Shown here: piece after piece, positions 53,930-64,000 of the stretch
Numbering within the stretch: position 1 is the first letter of the stretch
Layout: every line of letters begins with the position of its first letter
Origin: Thraustochytrium aureum
Taxonomy: Eukaryota
DNA length: 64,000 nucleotides
Direction of reading: 5' to 3'
Assembly: GCA_012862495.1 (NCBI GenBank)
Contig: BLSG01000345.1
Coordinates: 1-64,000, forward strand
Program-made: the position numbers and the translations under genes
Notes under the pieces: model-generated
Seen by the model: the letters and a program-made list of their open reading frames with translations, nothing else
Databases searched by the model: none
What the model was told of the DNA's origin: nothing

Positions 53930-55405
53930 TTACGGCATGGGGTCGAGGTAGCAGCAATGCGCGCAGCAGCCGCAGCCGCAGTCGCGAGGGGCTTGCCTCT
54001 TGCAGAGCTGACACTCGAGGGAAACGACGCCCTCGCTTTGCACCGCGTCAAGTATGCGCTCCTGCAGCACGCTGCAGGCGAGCCCGAGCTGGTCCACTGT
54101 GAACTTGCGCGCAAATTTCTCCTGGGGGACGAGCCTGTCGCGGCATCCAAGCGCGAGGCGCTGCGTGTAAGGGTTGAGCTCGATGCGCTTCGTGGCCACC
54201 CACCACAGCGACTCCTCGTAAGGACAGGCGGCGGCAAGGCGCCTCAGAGACTCCATCTCGACTTGCCGACCTAGAGCATGAAATTCGGACAGGCCGGCGT
54301 CTGACCCGGCCTCGTAGACGCCGCGCACTTGCTCGTGCAGCTCGTCCACGTCACCTAAAAACAAGGAGCGTGCTGGACTCGGCGGTCCCTTGTCGCCCAG
54401 CTGAATACGAACTCGGCTATCGAGTTGTGCAGCCCAGCGCGGGGGCACTGGACTTGGCACCATAACATCAAGACAGTCGCTATTCCTCGAGAGCAATACC
54501 GGCGAGCCGTCTAACGACCGTTCGCGCTCCTCCGAGTACGCAAGTCGCGCCTCAAATGAAGCAGTTCGCGCCAAACACGGTTGCGCCTGCGGCGATTCGT
54601 CCAGAAGCCCGTCCTCCTCCAAGATGGTTGGTTCTGCCGTGATCCGTTGTTCGCGACCGGTCTCGCGCCGCGGCGCCGTCATTGGCGTCGAATACGTCCT
54701 GCTGAGCGATCTCTCCAGCGCTGGGGCGACCTGCTTGCAAACCGGGCGATACTGACTCTGCGTTTTTGACCTGCAGCCTGTGTCTGGCGCATCGTCCTGG
54801 GTTTGGACGCTTCGATGCGGCCCTTCGTTGTCGGCAAGCGCATCTTCGTCAGGGCAAGCGGCCGGCGTTGGTGTGCTGGTGGCCTCCTGGTCCGGCCTGG
54901 GCTCCTCGCTGTCTTCAAAAATTCTTGAAAGTCACCGCAGTCTCTGACTCCGCAATCGTCCACAGTTGTGGCCGTGGATGCTGTTTCGATCGAGATTTGT
55001 GAGCTGTCAAGGAGTGGAAAACCTCCTGTGTGGCGCTTTGCGGGTGGCGCGCTCTCCGGCACATCAGCTTTGCGCTTCGGGACTGGCGTCGCCACTGGCG
55101 AGTCCAGCACGGCTGGTTCTGTTTCGGCGCACTCAAGCAGGGACATGATCTCGTCGACCTCTCTGAGTGTCACAGCCGGCTCCGTGTTGCGGGGGGCGCG
55201 CGCTGGGGTCGCGGGCCTCGACGTCGCTTTGCTTGGCGTGTGCAGCTGAGCAGACTTGTCCATGAAGGCCTTGCCGACGCACTCGTACACAACGGCGCGC
55301 TCTGCAAGCGGAAGAAACTGCTGCACGCGTTCCAATATCGCCGGATCCTCGTCGACGAGCCGCTTGAGGGGCAAGACCAAGGCCCGTCGCCTCGCTTTCG
55401 GCGCC
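53930..55405 (-). CDS. Hypothetical protein with Cys-rich motif; frameshift at 54917-54921; 5' end in gap; probably further 3' exons
   Basis: Two ORFs join with one added T; CQLCKRQAPRDCGCGCCAHCC; the apparent stop lies inside a GTAAGC donor-like site. Confidence 0.55.
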
Positions 55406-56763
55406 NNNNNNNNNNNNNNNNNNNNNNNNNNNNNNNNNNNNNNNNNNNNNNNNNNNNNNNNNNNNNNNNNNNNNNNNNNNNNNNNNNNNNNNNNNNNNNN
55501 NNNNNNNNNNNNNNNNNNNNNNNNNNNNNNNNNNNNNNNNNNNNNNNNNNNNNNNNNNNNNNNNNNNNNNNNNNNNNNNNNNNNNNNNNNNNNNNNNNNN
55601 NNNNNNNNNNNNNNNNNNNNNNNNNNNNNNNNNNNNNNNNNNNNNNNNNNNNNNNNNNNNNNNNNNNNNNNNNNNNNNNNNNNNNNNNNNNNNNNNNNNN
55701 NNNNNNNNNNNNNNNNNNNNNNNNNNNNNNNNNNNNNNNNNNNNNNNNNNNNNNNNNNNNNNNNNNNNNNNNNNNNNNNNNNNNNNNNNNNNNNNNNNNN
55801 NNNNNNNNNNNNNNNNNNNNNNNNNNNNNNNNNNNNNNNNNNNNNNNNNNNNNNNNNNNNNNNNNNNNNNNNNNNNNNNNNNNNNNNNNNNNNNNNNNNN
55901 NNNNNNNNNNNNNNNNNNNNNNNNNNNNNNNNNNNNNNNNNNNNNNNNNNNNNNNNGACTTCTGCTGCGTTTGGCGTCCGTGGTGGAACTGGTCCTCGTT
56001 GAGGTGCTGCTGTTTGGGTGGCACTTGGGTAACGACGAGCTTGCATGTTGTTGAAGACGATGGCCGCGGGCTGGCTGCTGCTGCTCTGATGACGGACGAC
56101 AATCATGTTGTTGTTGGTGGTGGTGGTGGTGGCGGTGGAGGGCCTGCTTCGCCTGACGCCTGCTGCGTTTGACGTCCTTGGTGGAACTGCTCGACGATCT
56201 CGTCACTGGCTGTTTTCGCGCGGACGTATATGCAGCGCAAGGCTTGAGGCGTGTCACCAGCACGAGGCAACACGATCACGATAGTGCACGCAGGTTCATG
56301 CCGCGGACGGACGGTCGGCGCCGTTGCCCCATCGGGCAGTTTAGGGCAGCTTTGATGCTGCGTTCAGCGCAGGGCAAACGCTGCACAGCAACTTTCGCCA
56401 GCGCCGGGCCGAGCCGTGGCCGAGCTGCCCTTGGCCGAGATTGGGGATCTGGTACATGTTTGTTGTGCGTCGAGGTCGTCGCGAGCACATCCATGGGCAC
56501 AAAGCGGGTTCGGCCAATACTTGCTCGCTAGCTACTAGAGAGACCTCTCATGGACGCAATCAACTGCTGACATGCGGAGTACCTAGACCGGATTTGAGGA
56601 AAGGCTTGTGCTTTCTTTCTTGATCTCCATTTGGGTCGGTTGTTACTCTACGCGACGCTTAAAGACGGGAGGTGCGAATCAAGATCTAAAGTTAGGTGGT
56701 ACCAGGTGGGCTGTTTATGAGCCGCTGCGGGCCCAGCCGTGCTGTGCGGCAAGAAACAGTCGC

Positions 56764-58416
56764 TCAGGTGATCTTCTTCAGCTCAATCTCGAGCTTGTCG
56801 CCAAGCGTCGAAATGTCGTCGATCGGGATGAGGGGGCGGTCCACCTCCTTGTTGGCAAACAACGCGCGCTCGATCTCCTTCATGCAATTGATGTCGCCAA
56901 AGCGCGGCGAGCGAGCTATGAGCGAGACCGAGGCCCCCTTCTTCGTCCACCGGCCGGACCGGCCGATCCGGTGCACAAAGTTTTCCGGGTCGGGGTTGTT
57001 GCCCTTGCTTGTGGGGAGGTCCACGTTGATAACCAGCGTCACGTTTGGGTTGTCGATGCCGCGTGACGTCACGTTTGTGGAAACGAGCGCCTGGCGCTCG
57101 CCCTTTTTGAACTCGGAGAGCACAATGTCACGCTCCGCCTTCTGCATGTCGCCGTGGATCTGGCCAACAGTGCCAAAGCCGTTTTCGCGAAGGTACTCGG
57201 TGAGGCGCTGCACGCGGTCCTTGCGGTTGCAGAAGATGACCGTCTGGCCAAGGTTGTGGCTGGCCAGGTTGGTCCAAATTTCAGTGATCATCTCGTACTT
57301 TTGCTGGTATACGCGCTCCTCGTTCGTTTCGTTCGCGTCGCCCACGTACGCGAAAAAGTTGACCACCTTTTCAAGCGTGACGTCCTGCTTGCGCAGTGTG
57401 ATCTCGTGGTACTTTGAGAGGTCGTTGGAGTGTCCGCCGACGTACCGCTGCGCGACTTGGCGCACCTCCTCGGTGAAAGTGGCGCTGAAGAGGAGCAGCT
57501 GGCAGGGCTTGCCCTTGCGCTTCTTGAGCACCATGTCGCGGATGGTCACCACGTCGTCGCCAAACCCGTTCGGGGGAGCCTGAACCATCTTGTCCGCCTC
57601 ATCAAGCACGAGCACCTTGACGTCCGAGGCGTCGATCATCGGCTTGCGCTTCGTGCGCCCCATCGCGTTGGAGAGGTAGTTTTTAACCATTCCCACGGTG
57701 CCGACGACCACCTGCTCTGAAAAGTCCTCGCCGCGCTGCAGCTCCCACTCGGCGCTCGGCCCGTCGTGGCTCCCTGGCCCCTTGCTCTTTGCGCTCATGA
57801 TGCGCCGAGCCCTGATGCCCTTCACAGACCCGAGCGAGTCCACCTCGGTAGCGATCTGCGTGCACAGCTCTTGTGTCACGCACAATATGATGCCTTGCGG
57901 CGTGCTGGGCTTGGTCTCGGCGGAGATCCGCGCCAGCATCGACACGACGAAGGTGCCTGTCTTTCCTGTTCCGGCTTGCGCTTGCCCGATTACGTTCAGG
58001 GGCGGGTCCTTGAGGATCAGCGGGAGGCCAATCTGCTGGATCTTTGACATGGTCGACCATGCCTTGACGTCGGTGATCGCCTTCTTGATCGAGTCGTCGA
58101 TGTTGAGTGCCGAGAAGCTCGTCACCGGCTTGGTTTCGTGCTGGCCCTCTGCGCAGCCGGCCTCGCGCACGATGAGATCCCCGGTGTGCAGGTCAGGCGC
58201 TCCCTGCACGTTCAAGTCGAGCGTCTTGCTCACCTGCTCGGCGAGCGCGTCGACCCCAGCAGGCCCATCCCCCTCTTCCTCCACCACATCCGCCCACAGC
58301 GACCCAGCGACCTCGGCCTCCTTCGCCCCGGCCTCCTTCGCCCCGGCCACCTTCGGCGCCGCCTCCGCCGCCTCCTGCGGCGGCGCCACGGGCGGCGTGT
58401 CGCCCGCCTCCGCCAT
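56764..58416 (-). CDS. DBP5: DEAD-box RNA helicase DBP5/DDX19 (mRNA export)
   Basis: SKIQQIGLPLILKDPP (Q motif), QAQAGTGKT, LDEADKM, FSAT, IFC, RGID, INVDLP, DPENFVHRIGRSGR. Confidence 0.9.
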   Translation of the reverse strand: MAEAGDTPPVAPPQEAAEAAPKVAGAKEAGAKEAEVAGSLWADVVEEEGDGPAGVDALAEQVSKTLDLNVQGAPDLHTGDLIVREAGCAEGQHETKPVTSFSALNIDDSIKKAITDVKAWSTMSKIQQIGLPLILKDPPLNVIGQAQAGTGKTGTFVVSMLARISAETKPSTPQGIILCVTQELCTQIATEVDSLGSVKGIRARRIMSAKSKGPGSHDGPSAEWELQRGEDFSEQVVVGTVGMVKNYLSNAMGRTKRKPMIDASDVKVLVLDEADKMVQAPPNGFGDDVVTIRDMVLKKRKGKPCQLLLFSATFTEEVRQVAQRYVGGHSNDLSKYHEITLRKQDVTLEKVVNFFAYVGDANETNEERVYQQKYEMITEIWTNLASHNLGQTVIFCNRKDRVQRLTEYLRENGFGTVGQIHGDMQKAERDIVLSEFKKGERQALVSTNVTSRGIDNPNVTLVINVDLPTSKGNNPDPENFVHRIGRSGRWTKKGASVSLIARSPRFGDINCMKEIERALFANKEVDRPLIPIDDISTLGDKLEIELKKIT

Positions 58417-59222
58417 CCGCCTCCGCCCACGCGCGCAGCCCCGCGACCAACAGGAGACCTCTCCTNNNNNNNNNNNNNNNNNNNNNNNNNNNNNNNNNNN
58501 NNNNNNNNNNNNNNNNNNNNNNNNNNNNNNNNNNNNNNNNNNNNNNNNNNNNNNNNNNNNNNNNNNNNNNNNNNNNNNNNNNNNNNNNNNNNNNNNNNNN
58601 NNNNNNNNCGCCTGCCTGCCGCGCCGTTTGGGGTCTGCTGCTCCTGCTGCTCCTGCTGCTGCTGGCCGCACGTGTGATGGAAGAAGACGCCGGAGGAACG
58701 AGCAGATCCCCAACGGGGCAGGGCGCAGGCACGCAGCCAGGCAGGCACGCAGGCAGGCAGGCAGCCAGGCAGGCAGGGGAGCGAGCCGGGCTCTGCGCGG
58801 GCCGAGGCGCCGGCAGGAGCAGCTGGCTGCGTAGCTGGCTGCGAGGGTTTTGGGCGGGATTTGTAGTTGTTGTTGTTGTGGTTGTTGGTGGTTTTTTTGC
58901 TGGTCGGGCGTGGCAGGACTGCCAGATTGATACTCGAGCTTGCGAGCGCTGGGGCCTTGCGCGGGCCGCGGCGCCAGCAGGAGCTGGAGCTGGCTGCGCG
59001 GGGTTTGGATACTGGAATCGTGACGTAACGAGGTGTCGCAGCGTCGAGCACATAGATACCTTGCGAGCGCTCGAGCTCTGCGCGGGCCGCAGCGCCAGCA
59101 GCGCCAGCAGGAGATCAACCAGGCGAAGGGCAAGGAGTAGCAGCTGGCTGCTCGGGCTTTGGGCGGGTTTCGGGCGGGATTTGGCGCCGGAAGTTGTGTC
59201 GTAGCGAGGTCTCGCCGGGAAG

Positions 59223-60747
59223 ATGTGGAGCGCGCGCGTGGTGCGGTGGGCGGCTAGAGGTCGCGCTGGGTTGGCGATGGGGTTGTCGAAGAAGAGGGTG
59301 AGGGCGCTTACAGTGGAGGCGCGGCAGGCCTGGGCGGTTGGGCAAGGGATCAATGGGGCTCTTGGGAATGGGAGCACGGACCGCCAGTCGTCGCCGGTGC
59401 CCATTGCGAGTGGGGAGCTCGCGGCAGATGTGCAGGTTGCGCAGGTGGCTTGCGGCTGGTAAGTGGTTTGAGGGATCGGATTGATAAAGTCCAGTTCGGA
59501 GCTGACTTGCTGGCTGGAGAACTTCTCTCGCCATCGGCGTGTGCGCACAGGGGCCATAGCGCCGTCCGTTCAGAGAGCGGAGATGTATACGTCTTTGGTC
59601 GAACGCATGACGTGCTGCAGTCTCTTCGCTTTGGCCGGATGGAGAAGTACAGCTCGCCAATACTCCAGCTGTACAAAATGTTCGGAGCCACAGCGCTGTC
59701 TCTGGACGCTCCTCTGCCCGTCATGCTGCGCAAGTTTGCTGCTATTCCCGTCCCAAAGAAGGACGACCGCAGCTCGCGAGCAAAGAAGATCGTTATAGAC
59801 GCCAGCGTTCTGCTCCCTGAACGACCGCGCATCGTCGACGTCAAGTGCGGTGCTGGTCTCACTGGCATGCTGAGCGACACTGGGCGCGTCTTCATGCTAG
59901 GATCGAACCAGTATGGCCAGACCGGAAGCGGGAACCGCGAAGGTGCCGGGTTCGTGTCTACACCTGTCCTCGGCATCCCGTACGAGACAGAAGGGCCAGT
60001 CGTCCAGTTTGGTCTAGGATTCCGGCATGCCATAGCGCTCACCAAGTCAGGCAAGGTGTTCACGTGGGGCAAGGGGAACCGAGGGCAGCTTGGTCAAGGT
60101 CCCGCCCGCGCCATCGACTGCCTCGAAGCAGTGCACGTCGATTTGCTGCCTGGGCGTGCTGTCGCAATCGCTTCTGGGTTTGGCCATTGCCTTGCCGTGC
60201 TCGAAGACGGTCGCGTCTTCACCTGGGGCAAGTTCATTTCGCGGTACCAGACCAACGGTCGCACCCTGTATGACGACGCGTTTCGCCCTGAGCAGGTCGT
60301 GTTCGACAATCCAGACCTCAAGGTGCGACGGGTTTGGTCTGGGCACCAAACCAACGTTGCCCTCGCGGATGATGGATCGTTTTATCAATGGGGGCGCCTC
60401 TCCGACCAGACGATCAGCAGCAACCCCTTGTGCTCGATCAGCTCGACCCGGACGGAGATGGCCCGGTGACGGACTCTGTCACACGGATCACCGTACATCG
60501 GCCGCTAAAGTTGCCGCTGTCCGCGTCGATCGGCCATGCGCACGACTTGAACATTTGCGTGGGCACCACTGATGTCATTTTGACGTGCGAGCGGCTTGAC
60601 AGACCCCTGGTGTGGGACTGGAACCTCGCGCCGGTTTCGCTTGACCTGCTTGACCCAGATATCGGCGAATTTGTTCGCGGGAATCGCGTTGTCGAGGTAT
60701 CGCAGGGCTGGGAGCACCGGCTGTTCAGAACTGTCGCTGGTCCATGA
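59223..60747 (+). CDS. RCC1-repeat protein, likely mitochondrial (RCC1L-like); intron 59459-59550; frameshift at C-run 60424-60427
   Basis: Arg-rich N-terminus; GQGINGALGNG, VACGW/GHS, GSNQYGQTG, GFRHAIAL...WGKGNRGQLG, SGFGHCLA and GWEHRL. Confidence 0.85.
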
Positions 60748-62375
60748 TCCCTCTGGCCTTGTTTGTCACGGAGTGGTGGGGAGGAGTGGGTCGTGCGTGC
60801 TTGCACAGCATCGGCAGGTTGTTGGATGAGCGAGGTGGGGGTGGTATTGTGTGTGTGTGCGCGCGGGGGGAGCGAGCTGTAGCCGGCAACCTTCAAGTGA
60901 TTCGATTCATCGTCATCATTCATTCATTCGTTCATCGTTCGTGTTCGTTCGCGCTGAGCGATCGATCGATTCTAGGGGTAGGTAGCGTAACCCGTAACCA
61001 CCGAAGGTGCGTGCAATCCAACAACAACAAACATGCAGTTAACGTGACGCTCTCCGGCAAGGCACNNNNNNNNNNNNNNNNNNNNNNNNNNNNNNNNNNN
61101 NNNNNNNNNNNNNNNNNNNNNNNNNNNNNNNNNNNNNNNNNNNNNNNNNNNNNNNNNNNNNNNNNNNNNNNNNNNNNNNNNNNNNNNNNNNNNNNNNNNN
61201 NNNNNNNNNNNNNNNNNNNNNNNNNNNNNNNNNNNNNNNNNNNNNNNNNNNNNNNNNNNNNNNNNNNNNNNNNNNNNNNNNNNNNNNNNNNNNNNNNNNN
61301 NNNNNNNNNNNNNNNNNNNNNNNNNNNNNNNNNNNNNNNNNNNNNNNNNNNNNNNNNNNNNNNNNNNNNNNNNNNNNNNNNNNNNNNNNNNNNNNNNNNN
61401 NNNNNNNNNNNNNNNNNNNNNNNNNNNNNNNNNNNNNNNNNNNNNNNNNNNNNNNNNNNNNNNNNNNNNNNNNNNNNNNNNNNNNNNNNNNNNNNNNNNN
61501 NNNNNNNNNNNNNNNNNNNNNNNNNNNNNNNNNNNNNNNNNNNNNNNNNNNNNNNNNNNNNNNNNNNNNNNNNNNNNNNNNNNNNNNNNNNNNNNNNNNN
61601 NNNNNNNNNNNNNNNNNNNNNNNNNNNNNNNNNNNNNNNNNNNNNNNNNNNNNNNNNNNNNNNNNNNNNNNNNNNNNNNNNNNNNNNNNNNNNNNNNNCC
61701 CTCTTGAGAGCCAGCCCTTCCAATAAAAAGTACGACAGACACAAGCGCGCGCAAACTCAAAACTGCAAACAAGCCAACTCCACTCCAGCCAGCCAAGCCA
61801 ATCAATCTCAACAGAACACCCACTCGACCGACCAAACCTCCGCGCTAAGAGAAACAAAAGACTCTTGACGTCGGTCGCGCAAGAAAGATATGATGAAGGC
61901 GTTGAGCAGACGCGCCGAATTGTGTGGAACGTTCACAACACGCCGTGCACAGCTCGCAAGACCACCCCTCCTACCCACCCACCCACCCACCCACCGATCC
62001 AGCGAACTAGCCCACATCCCGTTCTGTACACACATCTCGTAGATACACAGCAGAGGAGCGAGGAGGTTGACGCACAGCACAGCACAGCACAGCACAACTC
62101 GAGCGCCTAAGGCTCTGTCTGTCCTGTCCTTCTGTGTTGGCGACTCCCGCCCAACCCGCCGAGATCACGACAACGATGGCAACGCGCAGAGGAGACAGAC
62201 CAGACCCTACCAACCCGATCCCCACCCGAAACCCCAACCAAAGAGCCAAGAGCAAGCAAGCTCGTGGCGGCTGCCACATTCGATCGACCGTCGAAGAGGC
62301 CGCCGACACGAGCGACCGGTTAGGCAGGGCCACGGCCCACCGAGAAGCCGTAACCTCGCCGCCTTTCCCGGCAAC

Positions 62376-63882
62376 TTACCGGATATTCATGCGCTGCAAC
62401 CCACCGCGGACCGGCTTGGAAACGCCCGGCAGCTTCTTCACCGTCTTGACGGGCTCAGCGGCCTCAAAGACCTTCCAGAACCGCAGCGTCTCGTCAGCAG
62501 CGGCAGAGCAGACCATGGTCCCATCGGGCGACGCAGCGAGGTGGAGCACGCGCGCGGTGTGGCCGGACAGCTCCTTGGTCTTGACCATGGACGGGTACTT
62601 CCAGAGGCAGAGCTGGTTCTCGCTAAACCCGTGCGATGGACAGCAGCTCCTTCTCATGGGGGTTCCAGACCAAGCTGCAGACTTGCGAGCCAGTGTCGAC
62701 GCTGTTGAGGCAAGCCCCGTTTGCAGCGTTCCACATCTTGATGGTCCGGTCCGCCGTACCGCCTCCGCTAGCGAGCACGTTGCGCTGGTGCGGGCACCAC
62801 GCGAGCGCCTTGACGGCCGCGAGGTGTTCCGAGATCTTGAGGCGCGGCGCTTGCGCCGCCTGGCGTGAGCCGCCGCTGCTGAAGCGCGCGTCCCATAGGC
62901 AGAGCAGGTTGTCGTTGCCGCCAGAGGCCAGCGTTTGGCCGTCGGGCGACCAGGTCAGCCCGCACACTTCCTGGAGGTGGCCCTCGAGCACGCCCACCTT
63001 GTGCTGCGCGATGCGCACGTCGTGGTGGACGATAGTCGAGTCGCGCCCCCCGCTCGAAAGGATGTGCTGGTTCCAAGACAACGAGCTCACGCGCGAGCTG
63101 TGACCGTCCATGTTGCGGAGCAACTTGGAGGTCTCGACGTCCCAGAGCTTGGTTTCGCAAAAGTTGGTGCCCACCGCGAGGTAGCCGCCGCCTTCCTGGA
63201 CAAACTTGACCGACGTGATGTAGTCGTCCTCCCCCTCGCACTGGCACAGCTCTTCGATGCCGCCTGTCTCTGCATTCCAGAGGTAGACGGTTTGCCCGAG
63301 AGCCACGGCGAGCAGGTTGCTCGCGCCCCAGTCTACGAGGTTGAGGTAGTAGTCGTCCAAGAGGTCCGGGGCGTCCAGGATGCGTTCGGGCGCCGAGGGG
63401 ATGTGCCTCGTCACCTTTTGCGTCTTGGCCATCTTGGCTTTGTTCTGCGTGTAGAGCACCTTGAGCGAGTTCTCAAAGCCCTCCGGGGGGGCTGGGGCCT
63501 TGTTCTTGAAAGCAAGGACACGGCCCTGGCCTGCGCCCATGCTGCTGGCCAGCGTCTTCTTGAACTCTGTGCGCGTCGGGCTTTCGAGTTGGTTGCCTGC
63601 CGCACCGTTGTTCTCCTTCATCAAGTTGAAGTGTGCGTTGGCCAGGTCCATGGCGCCCCGGTTGGGAATGAATCTGTCGTGCTGCGGCGTCGACTTGCCT
63701 TTGGCAGGCGTCTTGCTACGGCTGCGTTTGCGGGTTGAGCGCGGCGTCTTGACGCCGCTTGAGCGTTGAGCTAGGGCTTTGCGTTTCCACCGCGGCTCGA
63801 CGGCGCCCTCGACGTCCTCGCCAAAGTTGAGGCAGTCGTCCAGCTCCAGCTGCTCCTGTACGTACGTGCTTGCGCTACGCAT
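62376..63882 (-). CDS. CDC20: Cell division cycle protein 20 (fizzy), APC/C activator; frameshift at ~62638
   Basis: C-box [61 protein letters not shown] and C-terminal IR tail. Confidence 0.95.
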
Positions 63883-63932
63883 CTTGTCTATCTGTCTGTC
63901 TGTTAGTCGCTTTTCTTTCTTTCTCTCTTTCT

Positions 63933-63959
63933 CTCGTCGTCGTCGTCGTCGTCGTCGTC
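63933..63959. repeat. (TCG)n microsatellite upstream of CDC20
   Basis: tcgtcgtcgtcgtcgtcgtcgtcgtc. Confidence 0.85.
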
Positions 63960-64000
63960 TCGCTTTCGTCTCTCGTCGTTCTGTGTATGTTGTTGCTGCT

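Noticed and set aside
60744..62333. ORFs spanning the gap between the RCC1-like gene and CDC20
   Set aside because: Mostly N plus simple repeats in 3' UTR-like sequence.
1..64000. tRNA, rRNA or intact transposase/retroelement genes
   Set aside because: None recognised by eye; N gaps could hide some.

Overview
Gene-dense, GC-rich eukaryotic nuclear scaffold with short GT-AG introns, microsatellites and many N gaps. It is almost certainly a thraustochytrid (Labyrinthulomycetes), because it carries a PUFA-synthase subunit C gene (PFA3/OrfC, DH-DH-ER; 31347-35911, minus strand). About 26 protein-coding genes are supported: a Qc-SNARE, a membrane-anchored DFR-like SDR, an NBD-only secretory Hsp70, a GH3 beta-xylosidase, two tetraspan paralogs flanking an EGF-like/7TM protein, a J-domain protein, a SIRT4-like sirtuin, a DUF6259-like secreted glycosidase, a prolyl 4-hydroxylase, two WD40 proteins, battenin/CLN3, two convergent class I HDACs, a CaaX-ended sterol glucosyltransferase, DBP5/DDX19, an RCC1-like protein, CDC20 and several hypotheticals. 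The most interesting candidate is a fusion of an APH/ecdysteroid-kinase-like phosphotransferase with an Rv3169-like domain (49632-52703), which mirrors a bacterial kinase-plus-partner gene pair. A recurrent intergenic TAGAGTA/TACTCTA motif is also notable. Ten frameshifts fall at homopolymer-type sites, and three gaps have overlapping flanks; both are best read as assembly or sequencing artefacts. All family assignments come from recalled motifs; no database searches were run.
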